DNA from: an uncultured Chthonomonadaceae bacterium
GTDB taxonomy: Bacteria > Armatimonadota > Chthonomonadetes > Chthonomonadales > Chthonomonadaceae
DNA length: 64,000 bases
Direction: 5' to 3'
Assembly: GCA_963835065.1 (NCBI GenBank)
Contig: CAWIEK010000049.1
Location: forward strand, 1 to 64,000
The first letter of the stretch is position 1. Every line of letters starts with the position of its first letter. The translations under genes and the position numbers were made by a program. Positions 52,894 through 61,953 of the stretch are shown here, piece after piece. A model generated the notes under the pieces. That model was given only the letters and a program-made list of their open reading frames with translations. It did no database searches and was not told the DNA's origin.

Positions 52894-53902
52894 GTGAAAA
52901 TCAAGCGGATGGGGCGAACGGGTCTGAAGGTATCGGAAGTTTGTCTGGGAACCATGACCTTCGGGATGCAGGCGGACGAGCCGACCGGGTTTGCCATCAT
53001 GGACAGGGCGGCGGAAGCGGGCGTTAATTTCATTGATACGGCGGACGTTTACCCCGTTCCCGTCGCGCCCGATACCGTTGGGCGCACGGAAGAAATCGTT
53101 GGCAACTGGCTGCGAGGCAAGCGCGACAACTTTATTCTGGCGACGAAATGCCGGGGAACGATGGGGCCAAAAGCATGGGACAGTGGATTGTCGCGCAAGC
53201 ACATCATGCAGGCGGTTGAAGATAGCCTGCGGCGCTTGCAGACGGACTATATTGACCTGTACCAGACCCATTCGCCGGATGCGGAAACGCCGATTGACGA
53301 GACATTGAGCGCATTGGATGATCTGGTGAAGCAAGGAAAGGTTCGCTACGTCGGCTGTTCCAATTACGGCGCGTGGGCGCTGGCAAAGGCGCTGTGGACG
53401 AGCGACAAATTGCATCTGGCGCGGTACGACTGCGTTCAGCCGCGCTACAATCTGCTGTTTCGGCAGATCGAGGACGAACTGCTGCCCCTGTGCCGTGACG
53501 AAGGCGTAGGAGTGATTGCGTACAACCCGCTTGCGGGCGGCTTTCTGACGGGCAAGTACCGCAAGAACGCGGACGCGCAGGAGGGAACGCGCTTCGACGT
53601 AATGCAGGGCCGCACCACGCTGTACCATGACCGCTACTGGCAGGAAGCGCAATTCGATGCGGTGGAACGCTTGAACACGTTCTTTGCAGAGCGCAACAAA
53701 CCGCTGGCGCAGGTGGCGGTGGCATGGGTTTTGCAGCAGCCGGGCATTACATCCGCGATTGTCGGCGCAGAGTCGGCCTGACCAATTGGACGGCACATTG
53801 CCCGCTGTGGATTTGACGCTGGAAGCGGAAGAGATAGCCGCCTGTGATGAGGCATGGTACGCCCTGCCGCGCCCGCGCGATCCGAACATTGCTTTGCGCT
53901 GA
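52894..53902 (+). CDS. Aldo/keto reductase (frameshift ~53775)
   Basis: GLKVSEVCLGTMTFG, FIDTADVY, SLRRLQTDYIDLYQTH, YNPLAGG. Confidence 0.9.
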
Positions 53903-54028
53903 TGCAATGACAATGATTGGTGAACATCCGGCGACATTGCAACGTCATGCAGGGGAACATAAGCCTTGTTTCGCAACTGACACCCGAAACACGGTTGACA
54001 CAAAATACTCTCATGAAGGGGAAGTGCC

Positions 54029-54675
54029 ATGAGTACCATTGACCGCCGCAAGAAAATGATGCAGGGGATGATTTTAGGGGCGCTGTTGGGCGTTGGCCTG
54101 AGTTTTGGCAGCGCGAGCCGAGCGCAGGACAAAGACAAAGACACGGTGGAAGTCGGCAAAAAGTCGGACAGTCCCTCCGTATCCGGCGCGGACGCCAACG
54201 CCGACCACAAGTTTTTGATGATGGCCGCGCAGGGCAATCTGGCCGAGATACAAATGGCGCAATTGGCGAAGCAGAAAAGCCAGAACAACCAGATTCAAAA
54301 CTACGCGCAGCGTCTTATTGAAGACCATACCACTGCCAACAATCAGGTGATGCAGATCGTGCACGAAGAAGGGGCTTGACGATGCCCAAAACGCCGCCTG
54401 CGGACGCGATGGCAATGATGAAGAAGATGAAAGGCATGTCGGGCGCGAAGTTTGAGCGCGCGTACATGCAGGATATGATCAAGGATCATACCAAAGACAT
54501 TGCCGATTATACCAACGAGGCCAAGCATGGCTATGACGACGACATCAAACAGTATGCCGCCACAACACTGCCGACCCTGAAATCGCATCTGGATTTGGTG
54601 CAGACGCTGAGTAACCCGACGAAGAAAACCAACATGAAGGGTAACAAGTACAAGACCGGCAACACGAAGATGTAA
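54029..54675 (+). CDS. DUF4142 ferritin-like exported protein (frameshift ~54370)
   Basis: AAQGNLAEIQMAQLA, IEDHT, FERAYMQDMIKDH, LPTLKSHL. Confidence 0.8.
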
Positions 54676-54704
54676 GGATGAAGTTATTCCTCTTCAAATC
54701 AAAA

Positions 54705-54740
54705 GCCCCTGCAATGCTTTCAGCGTTGCAGGGGCCTTCT
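54705..54740 (+). terminator. Intrinsic terminator
   Basis: gcccctgcaatgct/agcgttgcaggggc stem. Confidence 0.6.
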
Positions 54741-54776
54741 GCTTGTATACTAATGGCGCGTGAAAAGTTCGTGTTG

Positions 54777-54873
54777 TAGGGGCTTGATTCATCAAGCCCG
54801 CTTGTCTTGATTCATCAAGCCCGCTTGTCTTGATTCATCAAGCCCGCTTGTCTTAATTCATCAAGCCCGCTTG
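54777..54873 (+). repeat. Four tandem 23-bp units derived from a GTAG REP-like palindrome
   Basis: gtagggg then (cttgattcatcaagcccgcttgt)x4, no spacers. Confidence 0.85.
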
Positions 54874-55249
54874 CGGGAATATCAAACTTCTGATGCGCCG
54901 TTAGTATAAATGGAAGCGCGTAGACAAAGGAACAGAAAAAAATATCAAAATAACGCGGAAAAAGCGAACCTTTTGCCCTGATGCCATTGTCTAACAATGG
55001 TACAACCGTCTACTATACAGACGGGAAGACTGAACGTTGGTAGTTCCTATCAACTATCAACTATCAACTAAGACAAAAGGGAGGTGCCAGTCCTATGTTT
55101 CACCCCTCCCGTTCGCCCTGACGCTTCTGAGGCCACGACGCCTCTCTCCTACAATTTGACACAACGAGACATCGGGCTGGAAGCGCTGTATTGCCAAGAT
55201 TTCGACGATCTCTCTACATACCCTTTTTTCTACCTCCGCTTTTCATCCT

Positions 55250-56692
55250 TCATCCTTCATCCTTTGCTTGTAGTTCGCGGAGGGTGGAGAGTTCGGGTAC
55301 GTCGCGTCCGACCAGCACATCAAGGGTCCAGTCCATTAAGATGCGGAAACGCTGGCCTAATCCGGGCATTTTCGCCAGATAAATCGCGCGCCACATTGCC
55401 CACGCGGTGATGCCGGAAAAGGATACGCCGTACACTTGGGCAACCCCGCTGCGCTTGCCGACAATCGCCAGTTCTCCGATGGGCGTATACTCAAACGGCT
55501 GTGGCTCTTCGCCGCGCATTACCGCGACGATGTTACGGGCAGCCTGTGCGCCTTCGCGCTGCGCGTTTTGCGCGGTTGGCGCATACGTTTTGTCAGAGTT
55601 CGGCATGGGGATTTCCGCGCAATCCCCCACCGCCCACACGCCGGAAAGACCGGGAACCATGCAGCAGGCGTCCGCGACAAGCCCCTTGTGCTTGCCGACT
55701 TGCGCGCCGAGTGACTCCACAATCGGGCTGGGCGTAACGCCCCCCGCCCAAATCAGGGTTTGCGTTTCAATTCGCTCCCCATCCTTGAAGGTAATCCAGC
55801 CATCCCCGGCTTCGGCAAGCGTGGCGTTCAGGCGAACTTCCACGCCCCGCTCTTCTAGTTTGTGCTGCGCGTATGCGGCCAGATTGACGGCAGAGAGTTC
55901 CATCATCAGGCGGTCTTCCGCTTCAAACAGCAGCATCCGTACATCTTCCTGTTTGAGTTGTGGGTAATCGGGCAGATGGTCGCGTACCAGATCGTTGATG
56001 GCGGCAATGGTTTCCACGCCCGTATACCCGCCGCCACCCACAACAATAGTCAGCAGGGCGCGGCGCAGGCCAGGGTTGGTTTCCACATTGGCGCGTTCCA
56101 GAACGGACAGGACGCGCTTGCGAATGGCGGCGGCTTCTTCCAGCGTTTTGTTGGTCAGGCTGTGTTCTTTCAGGCCGGGAATGTCGTAATAGTGGGGCAC
56201 GGAGCCGACAGCGACAACCAGATGGTCGTAAGGCAGAACCGGATTGTTCTGCGGCAGATTGCTTTGCGCATCACCCACAGCAAGCCGGACAGTTTTGAAA
56301 GCGGTGTCAATGGCTTCTATGCGTCCCTGAATAAATTCGATACGCGGCGACATATCCCGTAAGGGGCGTACAATATGGTGCGTGTCTATCTGCCCGCCCG
56401 CCACTTCCGTCAGCATCGGCGTGAAGAGCGAATAATTGCTCTGGTCTACAAGCGTTATTCTGGCGTCTTCAGGGTTGGGAAGCAGAGCGGCAAGCTGATC
56501 CGCAACATTCGTGCCCGCAAAACCGCCGCCAAGAATAACGATGTTCTGGTTCCGCTTCAAATTTTGATTGCGTTGTTGAAGGTCGGCGCGTTTCCACAGA
56601 GTGTAGGCGGCATACGCGCCCGCCGCGCTCACTCCGGCAATGGCGAATTTAGCCGCTAAAGGCATTTTGCCACGCGCATTATTTTTACTCAT
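55250..56692 (-). CDS. Type II NADH dehydrogenase-like FAD oxidoreductase
   Basis: LGGGFAG, FTPML, GGGYTGVE, WAVGD, PTAQNA. Confidence 0.85.
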   Translation of the reverse strand: MSKNNARGKMPLAAKFAIAGVSAAGAYAAYTLWKRADLQQRNQNLKRNQNIVILGGGFAGTNVADQLAALLPNPEDARITLVDQSNYSLFTPMLTEVAGGQIDTHHIVRPLRDMSPRIEFIQGRIEAIDTAFKTVRLAVGDAQSNLPQNNPVLPYDHLVVAVGSVPHYYDIPGLKEHSLTNKTLEEAAAIRKRVLSVLERANVETNPGLRRALLTIVVGGGGYTGVETIAAINDLVRDHLPDYPQLKQEDVRMLLFEAEDRLMMELSAVNLAAYAQHKLEERGVEVRLNATLAEAGDGWITFKDGERIETQTLIWAGGVTPSPIVESLGAQVGKHKGLVADACCMVPGLSGVWAVGDCAEIPMPNSDKTYAPTAQNAQREGAQAARNIVAVMRGEEPQPFEYTPIGELAIVGKRSGVAQVYGVSFSGITAWAMWRAIYLAKMPGLGQRFRILMDWTLDVLVGRDVPELSTLRELQAKDEG

Positions 56693-56725
56693 GATGCTCT
56701 CCGGGAAAAGAAATCCGCCATAATA

Positions 56726-57970
56726 TTAAGAGGCTGCCTCTTCTTCGCTGCCGTGAATAAGCCAGGGTTCTGTGGGCATGCTCAGGCTGAAGCTTCCGGT
56801 GGGGAGGAGGCCGCGCCAATTTTGTATCATCTCGCGGTAGGCTGTACCGACAGGCCGGATTTTTCGATCCAGATCGTACAGGCCGACCGGGTTCACTCGG
56901 CCTGCATCTTCGCGCAGCGCGGTGTCCCAATCCATTTGATCGGTCAGGCTGTACCAGGTGAAGCCAATAATAGGTACGCCATCTTGACGCAGCCGAAACA
57001 GATTGGCCCACTGCTTGTACAGCCAGTCCGGGGCGGCGTCTGAATCGGCAAGATTGGTTTCCGTGTGCATGACGGGCAGGCGATAGCGGGAAAAATACTG
57101 GTGCGTAATGACGTAGTAGCCGAAAATCTCGCCTGCCGCCGACCAGGTTCCATCCTGATGCACCAGATGCTCATTCGTGACATAATAGTCGTTGCCCATC
57201 ACGCAGCTTGCTTTCACATGGTAGCGGCCAAACCAGGCGTACTCGTCGCGTGTCCAGCCGTGATCCAGCAGGTACTCGTACATGGTGACGTTGAGCGGAT
57301 AGCCATACGTGAGGTCAAGGGAAAGAAAGCGTTTCTCGTTCAGCACTTTGCACATATACAGGCAATCCGGGTGTTCGGGATGAAAATACTCGGAGGATTC
57401 GCTTTGTATGAAAATGGCGTCGCGCCGCACTTCCAGAATGGCGCGCATGGCAAGCACGTTTGCCATACACAGATGTTTGAGAGCGCGGCAGAAATCGCGG
57501 TCACTGGACAGGCGCTCATTCCACCAGCCATACTGCGCCGAAAACATCGCCGCAATAAAAATCTCATTAACGGGCGTATAGTACCGGATCCAGGGAAACC
57601 GCTGCGCGAAAGCGCGGGCGTACTCCGCGAACAATTCCGGCCAGTCGGGATTTTGAAAATTGCCGATCCAATCCGGGACACCGAAGTGGCACAAATCCAC
57701 AATAGGCGTGATGCGTCTTTGTTTCAGCGAGTTGAAGGTTTCGTCGGCAAAACTCCAATCGTAGCGGCCTTGCCCCAGGTGCGTGGTATGAATGGGCGGG
57801 CCATAGCGCAGGTAATGAATCTGCATGTCCGCCAGAAGCTGAAAATCATCCTTCCATCGCTTATAATGACCGCATTTTTCCATTTCATCCACGCGCCGGG
57901 TGGTTCCATCGGGAAGTTGAATGATTGGATTACTGTTCTCAATGCCCGTTGCAAACATAAACTGCGACAT
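56726..57970 (-). CDS. Glycoside hydrolase family 1-like protein
   Basis: FATGIE, DLCHFG, TPVNE acid/base, HTETN nucleophile, GFTWYSL. Confidence 0.8.
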   Translation of the reverse strand: MSQFMFATGIENSNPIIQLPDGTTRRVDEMEKCGHYKRWKDDFQLLADMQIHYLRYGPPIHTTHLGQGRYDWSFADETFNSLKQRRITPIVDLCHFGVPDWIGNFQNPDWPELFAEYARAFAQRFPWIRYYTPVNEIFIAAMFSAQYGWWNERLSSDRDFCRALKHLCMANVLAMRAILEVRRDAIFIQSESSEYFHPEHPDCLYMCKVLNEKRFLSLDLTYGYPLNVTMYEYLLDHGWTRDEYAWFGRYHVKASCVMGNDYYVTNEHLVHQDGTWSAAGEIFGYYVITHQYFSRYRLPVMHTETNLADSDAAPDWLYKQWANLFRLRQDGVPIIGFTWYSLTDQMDWDTALREDAGRVNPVGLYDLDRKIRPVGTAYREMIQNWRGLLPTGSFSLSMPTEPWLIHGSEEEAAS

Positions 57971-58389
57971 GCCGCGCTCCGAATACCGGTTAAGTGTGAA
58001 AAGCGCATTCAGAAAGTGAAAAGAGTGTTCCTCTCCTCTCTTAATGCTACGCTTGTCCTTTAACGCTTACGTGATTGGCGCGAGAATGTCAGCAGGGGAT
58101 GATGCAATAGGAGGTATTCAGGTGTTCGGGTATTCAGGTGTTCAGGTGTTCGGTATTCGGTATTGGGATACAGGTAATTGGTGGGTGGAGGTTGAGGGTG
58201 GATGTGAAAAGCGGCGCGGATGTGTTTCTGCAACGCATCCGTGCCGCTTAAAAGGGCAGCCCCTGCTTCCTACGTTCATGGCGGGAGAACCGGTGAGCAA
58301 CGCCTATCGAGGAGACGCGGGAGGACAGAGGTATGTTCCCAAAATATGACTAATTATGTAGGAAAGGAATATGGCATAGAGGAATTGGT

Positions 58390-60138
58390 TCAGGCGGCCT
58401 GCGCGTTTTGATAGGGCGGTTCGCTGTTTTGCTCCGAAAGCATGTCCAGAAAGGACGTGATAATACGAGGATCGAAATGCTGCCCGGCCTGCTCCTGTAG
58501 ATACGCCTGCACCTGATGTTCCGGCCAGCCGGCGCGGTAGGGACGATTGGAGCGCAGGGCGTCCCAAACATCCACGACAGCAAACAAGCGGGCGGCAAGC
58601 GGAATGTTTTCGCCGCTCAAGCCGTGCGGATAGCCCGTGCCGTTCCATTTTTCATGGTGGCAGTGGGGGATGTTAAGCGCCCGCTGTAAGAAGGCGATGG
58701 GGCAAAGCATCTCGTAAGCGAGAGAGGGATGCTTGCGCATGATCTCCCATTCCGCATCATCAAGCGGCCCCGGCTTGCGCAGGATGCTGTCGGGGATGCC
58801 CATTTTGCCAATGTCGTGAAGCAGCGCCCCCCACCGAATATAGGTCAGTTCGGTTTCATCCAGTCCCATGCGCCGCGCCAGTTTCAGGGTCATCTCAGTG
58901 ACGCGCTCACTGTGCCCTTCCGTTTCCTTATCCCGCAAGTCCAGAATTTGTGACCATCCCTGAATAGTGGCGTCGTACACTTTGCGTAGCGTGTCGTCCA
59001 GAGAGGAGGCGCTGGTGAGAGGAACCGTCAGGCGCAGGTCCGCTTCTTCCTGTTCAAGCGCTTCGTCCTCGGCGTGGCTGATGCAGTTTCGGCCTCGCAT
59101 TTTGGCGCGGTACAGGCATTTATCCGTCAAAGCAATCAGTTCTGAAGCGGATTGTATCTGGTCATTAATGGTTGCCACGCCAAAACTCGCGGTGACGGGG
59201 CGTTCGGGCCAATACGCGGTTTGGATAGCGACACGGAAGCGCTCGGCAGCTTCGCGCGCTCCCTTCGCGTCGGTTTCCGGCAGAATGGCAACAAATTCTT
59301 CGCCCCCGTAGCGGGCGAGAAAATCCGTAGTTCGCGCCGTGCTTTGAAAGATGGCGGCCACGCGCTTCAAGACAACATCCCCGGCGGGATGCCCGAACGT
59401 ATCATTGTACTGCTTGAATTTGTCCACATCCAGCAGGACGACGGAAAGCGGCGTATGGTAGCGCTTGCTGCGCTCGAACTCGCTGCTCAATTGCTCCTGA
59501 AACGCGCGGTGGTTTTTGAGTTCGGTCAGGCCATCCATGGTAACCTGCGTTTGCAGCAGCATGTTGGCCTGATACAATTTGGAATTAGCGGCGGCAAGTT
59601 CCACGCGCTGCGCTTCCATTTCCACATACGCCTCATTGACATGCGTGATTTGAAGCTCGATTTGCTCCTGAAACCACGTACGCTCCGTTATATCGGTATG
59701 TGAGCCGGCCAGATGATACGGCTTGCCATCGGCATCGCGCTGCACGGCTCCCCGCGCCAGAATCCAGCGATAGGTTTGATCTTTGTGACGCAGCCGATAT
59801 TCAACATAGAAGTTGGTTTCCTGAGTCTGCAAATACTGCTGAATGGTTTCAAACACGCGCTGCCGATCTTCGGGATGGATGTGTTCCGTCCAAGCCTCTA
59901 CCGCATTGGGAAATTCATCGTCTTCGTAGCCGAGGATGCTTTTCCAGCGCGCAGACAGGTAGCACGTATTAGTGCGCAGGTTCCAATCCCATAAGCCATC
60001 CTGCGATCCCTGCATTGCCAGGCGATAGCGCTCTTCCGTAGCGTGGAGTGCCGCTTCCGCCAGTCGGCGGCGCGTAAGTTCGGCCTGCCACCGATGCGCA
60101 GCGGGAGGTATTCGCTTTTGGAACACGGAAGGCGTCAT
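58390..60138 (-). CDS. PAS-GGDEF-HD-GYP c-di-GMP enzyme
   Basis: PAS (DGLWDW), RYGGEEF with RxxD I-site, LLHDIGK, HHEKWNGTGYP. Confidence 0.92.
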   Translation of the reverse strand: MTPSVFQKRIPPAAHRWQAELTRRRLAEAALHATEERYRLAMQGSQDGLWDWNLRTNTCYLSARWKSILGYEDDEFPNAVEAWTEHIHPEDRQRVFETIQQYLQTQETNFYVEYRLRHKDQTYRWILARGAVQRDADGKPYHLAGSHTDITERTWFQEQIELQITHVNEAYVEMEAQRVELAAANSKLYQANMLLQTQVTMDGLTELKNHRAFQEQLSSEFERSKRYHTPLSVVLLDVDKFKQYNDTFGHPAGDVVLKRVAAIFQSTARTTDFLARYGGEEFVAILPETDAKGAREAAERFRVAIQTAYWPERPVTASFGVATINDQIQSASELIALTDKCLYRAKMRGRNCISHAEDEALEQEEADLRLTVPLTSASSLDDTLRKVYDATIQGWSQILDLRDKETEGHSERVTEMTLKLARRMGLDETELTYIRWGALLHDIGKMGIPDSILRKPGPLDDAEWEIMRKHPSLAYEMLCPIAFLQRALNIPHCHHEKWNGTGYPHGLSGENIPLAARLFAVVDVWDALRSNRPYRAGWPEHQVQAYLQEQAGQHFDPRIITSFLDMLSEQNSEPPYQNAQAA

Positions 60139-60245
60139 GGAAATGGTGATCCTTTTTTATGCTTGTTCAAATTATTTGCAGGCGGGCGTACTTATATGTT
60201 CGGCGTGAAGGCTAAGGATTTGGAGAGAATGAAACGGGTGAACGT

Positions 60246-60283
60246 AAAAATGCGCCAATGGGAATAGATTTCCCATTGGCGCA
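60246..60283 (-). terminator. Intrinsic terminator closing the tRNA-RNA ligase unit
   Basis: tgcgccaatgggaa/ttcccattggcgca stem followed by TTTTT on the minus strand. Confidence 0.8.
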
Positions 60284-60303
60284 ATAGCATACAGAACATC
60301 CTC

Positions 60304-61359
60304 TTAAACGTCGTGGGTATCCCTGTCTGCGCTTTTGGAGAACAGGTAGGCGTCGCCGATGTACTTCATCGCTACGCGGCCTACCTTTGGGTTGACACGC
60401 TCCACAACCGGCTTCACCACCACGCCTTCGCGGATGTGATTATCATCCAGCGTGGTGCTGCCTTCCGACAGCGCCTTGATGGTGTTCAGGTCGAAAGGGC
60501 CGCGATACAGCAGGGGCACGGTTGCAACGCCGTGTCGGGCGCAAAGAGTGGCAAACTCGTCCGCGTCCAGGTACTTGCCGTCCACAAGCAGATCGAAGGC
60601 GCGAAAGCCCAGCGTTCCCCGGCAGCCGTAATGCAGGTCTTGAATTTTCGAGCCGAACACTTCGCCGAACAAAATCACCTGCCGATGTTCCGCTCCCAAT
60701 TCTTCCAGCAGGGCGCGAACCGGCGGCTGCGAAAGCGGGAACCAGTATGTGCTGTTTGCCCACTGCTCCGTTTCTTCGGGCGGCTTGCGCCGAACGCTCA
60801 TGGAACCGGCCATCCATTCCCCTTCAATCAAAGCAACCCGGCAATTCGTTCCATGGAGCTTCTCGGTAACTGCCACTTCTTCGCCCTCGGTCAACACGTC
60901 CGGGAAGTTGCGCAGATTTTCAATGTCGGTGTATTCCACGAGCAGGGGATGCGGCGGCAGGGCATCTCCGGCAGTTGGCTTGAGCGGCGGGATGTACTTG
61001 GTGATGCCATAATAGGCTTTCACATCCTCGCCTTCCGCCCATTTGGGATTTTCCACGTCAATCAGGACGCCAAAGGACGGTTCGCCACGCAATCGGGCGC
61101 AACGGACGCGGCCTGCGGGCGGAACGGGCGCATCCGGCCCGGTTCGCACCGAAAGGTATTTGGTAATGCCCCACCGGTCGGCGTGTTCCAGCGGAATCAT
61201 GCTGTCAATGGGAATATACGTGACGAGGCTGCCGGCATGGTACTTGCCTTTGGGAACCACGCACTGCCAGCCCTTGATCTGACTCAACTCCAGCGCGTCC
61301 GCGTTGGCATGTGGCAGGACGCGCTCGATTTTGCATACTTCGACAATGCACTCAGACAT
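60304..61359 (-). CDS. ATP-dependent RNA ligase, DRB0094 (Rnl5) family
   Basis: N-terminal OB-like PHANADALE..GWQCVV..YIPIDS, motif I TEKLHGTN, FGEVFG, FRAFD, REGVVVKP, MKYI. Confidence 0.9.
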   Translation of the reverse strand: MSECIVEVCKIERVLPHANADALELSQIKGWQCVVPKGKYHAGSLVTYIPIDSMIPLEHADRWGITKYLSVRTGPDAPVPPAGRVRCARLRGEPSFGVLIDVENPKWAEGEDVKAYYGITKYIPPLKPTAGDALPPHPLLVEYTDIENLRNFPDVLTEGEEVAVTEKLHGTNCRVALIEGEWMAGSMSVRRKPPEETEQWANSTYWFPLSQPPVRALLEELGAEHRQVILFGEVFGSKIQDLHYGCRGTLGFRAFDLLVDGKYLDADEFATLCARHGVATVPLLYRGPFDLNTIKALSEGSTTLDDNHIREGVVVKPVVERVNPKVGRVAMKYIGDAYLFSKSADRDTHDV

Positions 61360-61388
61360 GAATGTAGCCCTCTTCCCAGATCGTAATA

Positions 61389-61467
61389 TGAGAGTGGAGG
61401 GAATCGAACCCCCTTGCTTTCGCCACAAGGTTACAGCTTGCTGCCCGACCATTTAGGCTTCACTCTC
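61389..61467 (-). tRNA. Atypical tRNA-Tyr(GTA), no encoded CCA
   Basis: GAGAGTG/CACTCTC-A acceptor, GCCT/GGGC D stem, GCAAG-CTGTAAC-CTTGT, variable arm GC-GAAA-GC, GGGGG-TTCGATT-CCCTC. Confidence 0.85.
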
Positions 61468-61470
61468 AAA

Positions 61471-61593
61471 ATTCAGGTATTCGGGTGTTCAGGTGTTCAG
61501 AATAATATGACAGTAATACGTTTGCTGCTGCGCAACTAGACTTGCAGTTTAGCTCCTGAATACCCGAACACCTGAACACCCGAATACCTGAAT
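61471..61593. repeat. Inverted pair of 8-mer arrays (ggtattca/ggtgttca) between the two tRNAs
   Basis: attcaggtattcgggtgttcaggtgttcag ... ctgaatacccgaacacctgaacacccgaatacctgaat. Confidence 0.85.
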
Positions 61594-61596
61594 GTA

Positions 61597-61671
61597 TGGA
61601 AGCGGTCGGAATCGAACCGACAACACGTACTTTGCAAAAGTACATCGCTGACCCTTAGGACATGCGCTCCC
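61597..61671 (-). tRNA. Atypical tRNA-Ala(TGC), no encoded CCA
   Basis: GGGAGCG/CGCTTCC-A acceptor with G3:U70, GTACT-TTTGCAA-AGTAC, GTCGG-TTCGATT-CCGAC; weak D arm. Confidence 0.8.
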
Positions 61672-61706
61672 GTATAGTTTGTTGATTACGTGACACTTCC
61701 TGAATG

Positions 61707-61747
61707 CAAAAATACAGCCCGGCCTGAGTTTCCAGACCGGGATGTGC
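61707..61747 (-). terminator. Attenuator-type terminator between leader ORF and tRNAs
   Basis: gcacat-cccggtctg-gaaact-caggccggg-ctgtatttttg. Confidence 0.75.
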
Positions 61748-61776
61748 ATTGTCGTCATGGAAGAGACGATTCCGCG

Positions 61777-61899
61777 TTAAGACGGTGCTGGAAGGCACAA
61801 CGGTAATGTATATCCGGCGGCATACGCATAGCCGACGGCTTGCGCGTAAGCATAGCCGGTGCAGGCGAGATATGCGGTTGTGGCCGGTGTGGTGTTCAT
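61777..61899 (-). CDS. Putative Tyr/Ala-rich leader (attenuator) peptide, 40 aa
   Basis: Own translation MNTTPATTAYLACTGYAYAQAVGYAYAAGYTLPLCLPAPS; 6 Tyr and 10 Ala; ends ~30 nt before a terminator. Confidence 0.7.
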   Translation of the reverse strand: MNTTPATTAYLACTGYAYAQAVGYAYAAGYTLPLCLPAPS

Positions 61900-61953
61900 G
61901 CTGCTCTTGCTTTTCAAAAGTTTGTCAAAAGTGATGATTACGTTGAAGCCGCT

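Noticed and set aside
52594..54288. Long antisense ORFs (also 30191-31318, 33908-35359, 40068-41294, 60313-61386, 61985-63397)
   Set aside because: Shadow frames of well-supported genes in GC-rich DNA, with no recognisable motifs
54783..54873. Possible CRISPR array (palindromic 23-bp repeats)
   Set aside because: Units are directly adjacent with no unique spacers, and there are no cas genes
61360..61452. N-terminal extension of the RNA ligase ORF to 61452
   Set aside because: It overlaps tRNA-Tyr; the ATG at 61359 has a purine-rich RBS and matches the family start
61597..61671. Reading this tRNA as tRNA-Cys(GCA)
   Set aside because: The 5-bp stem with a 7-nt loop centres on TGC, and G3:U70 with A73 indicates Ala
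61389..61671. tRNAs as prophage or island attachment sites
   Set aside because: No integrase and no duplicated tRNA 3' end visible in the window
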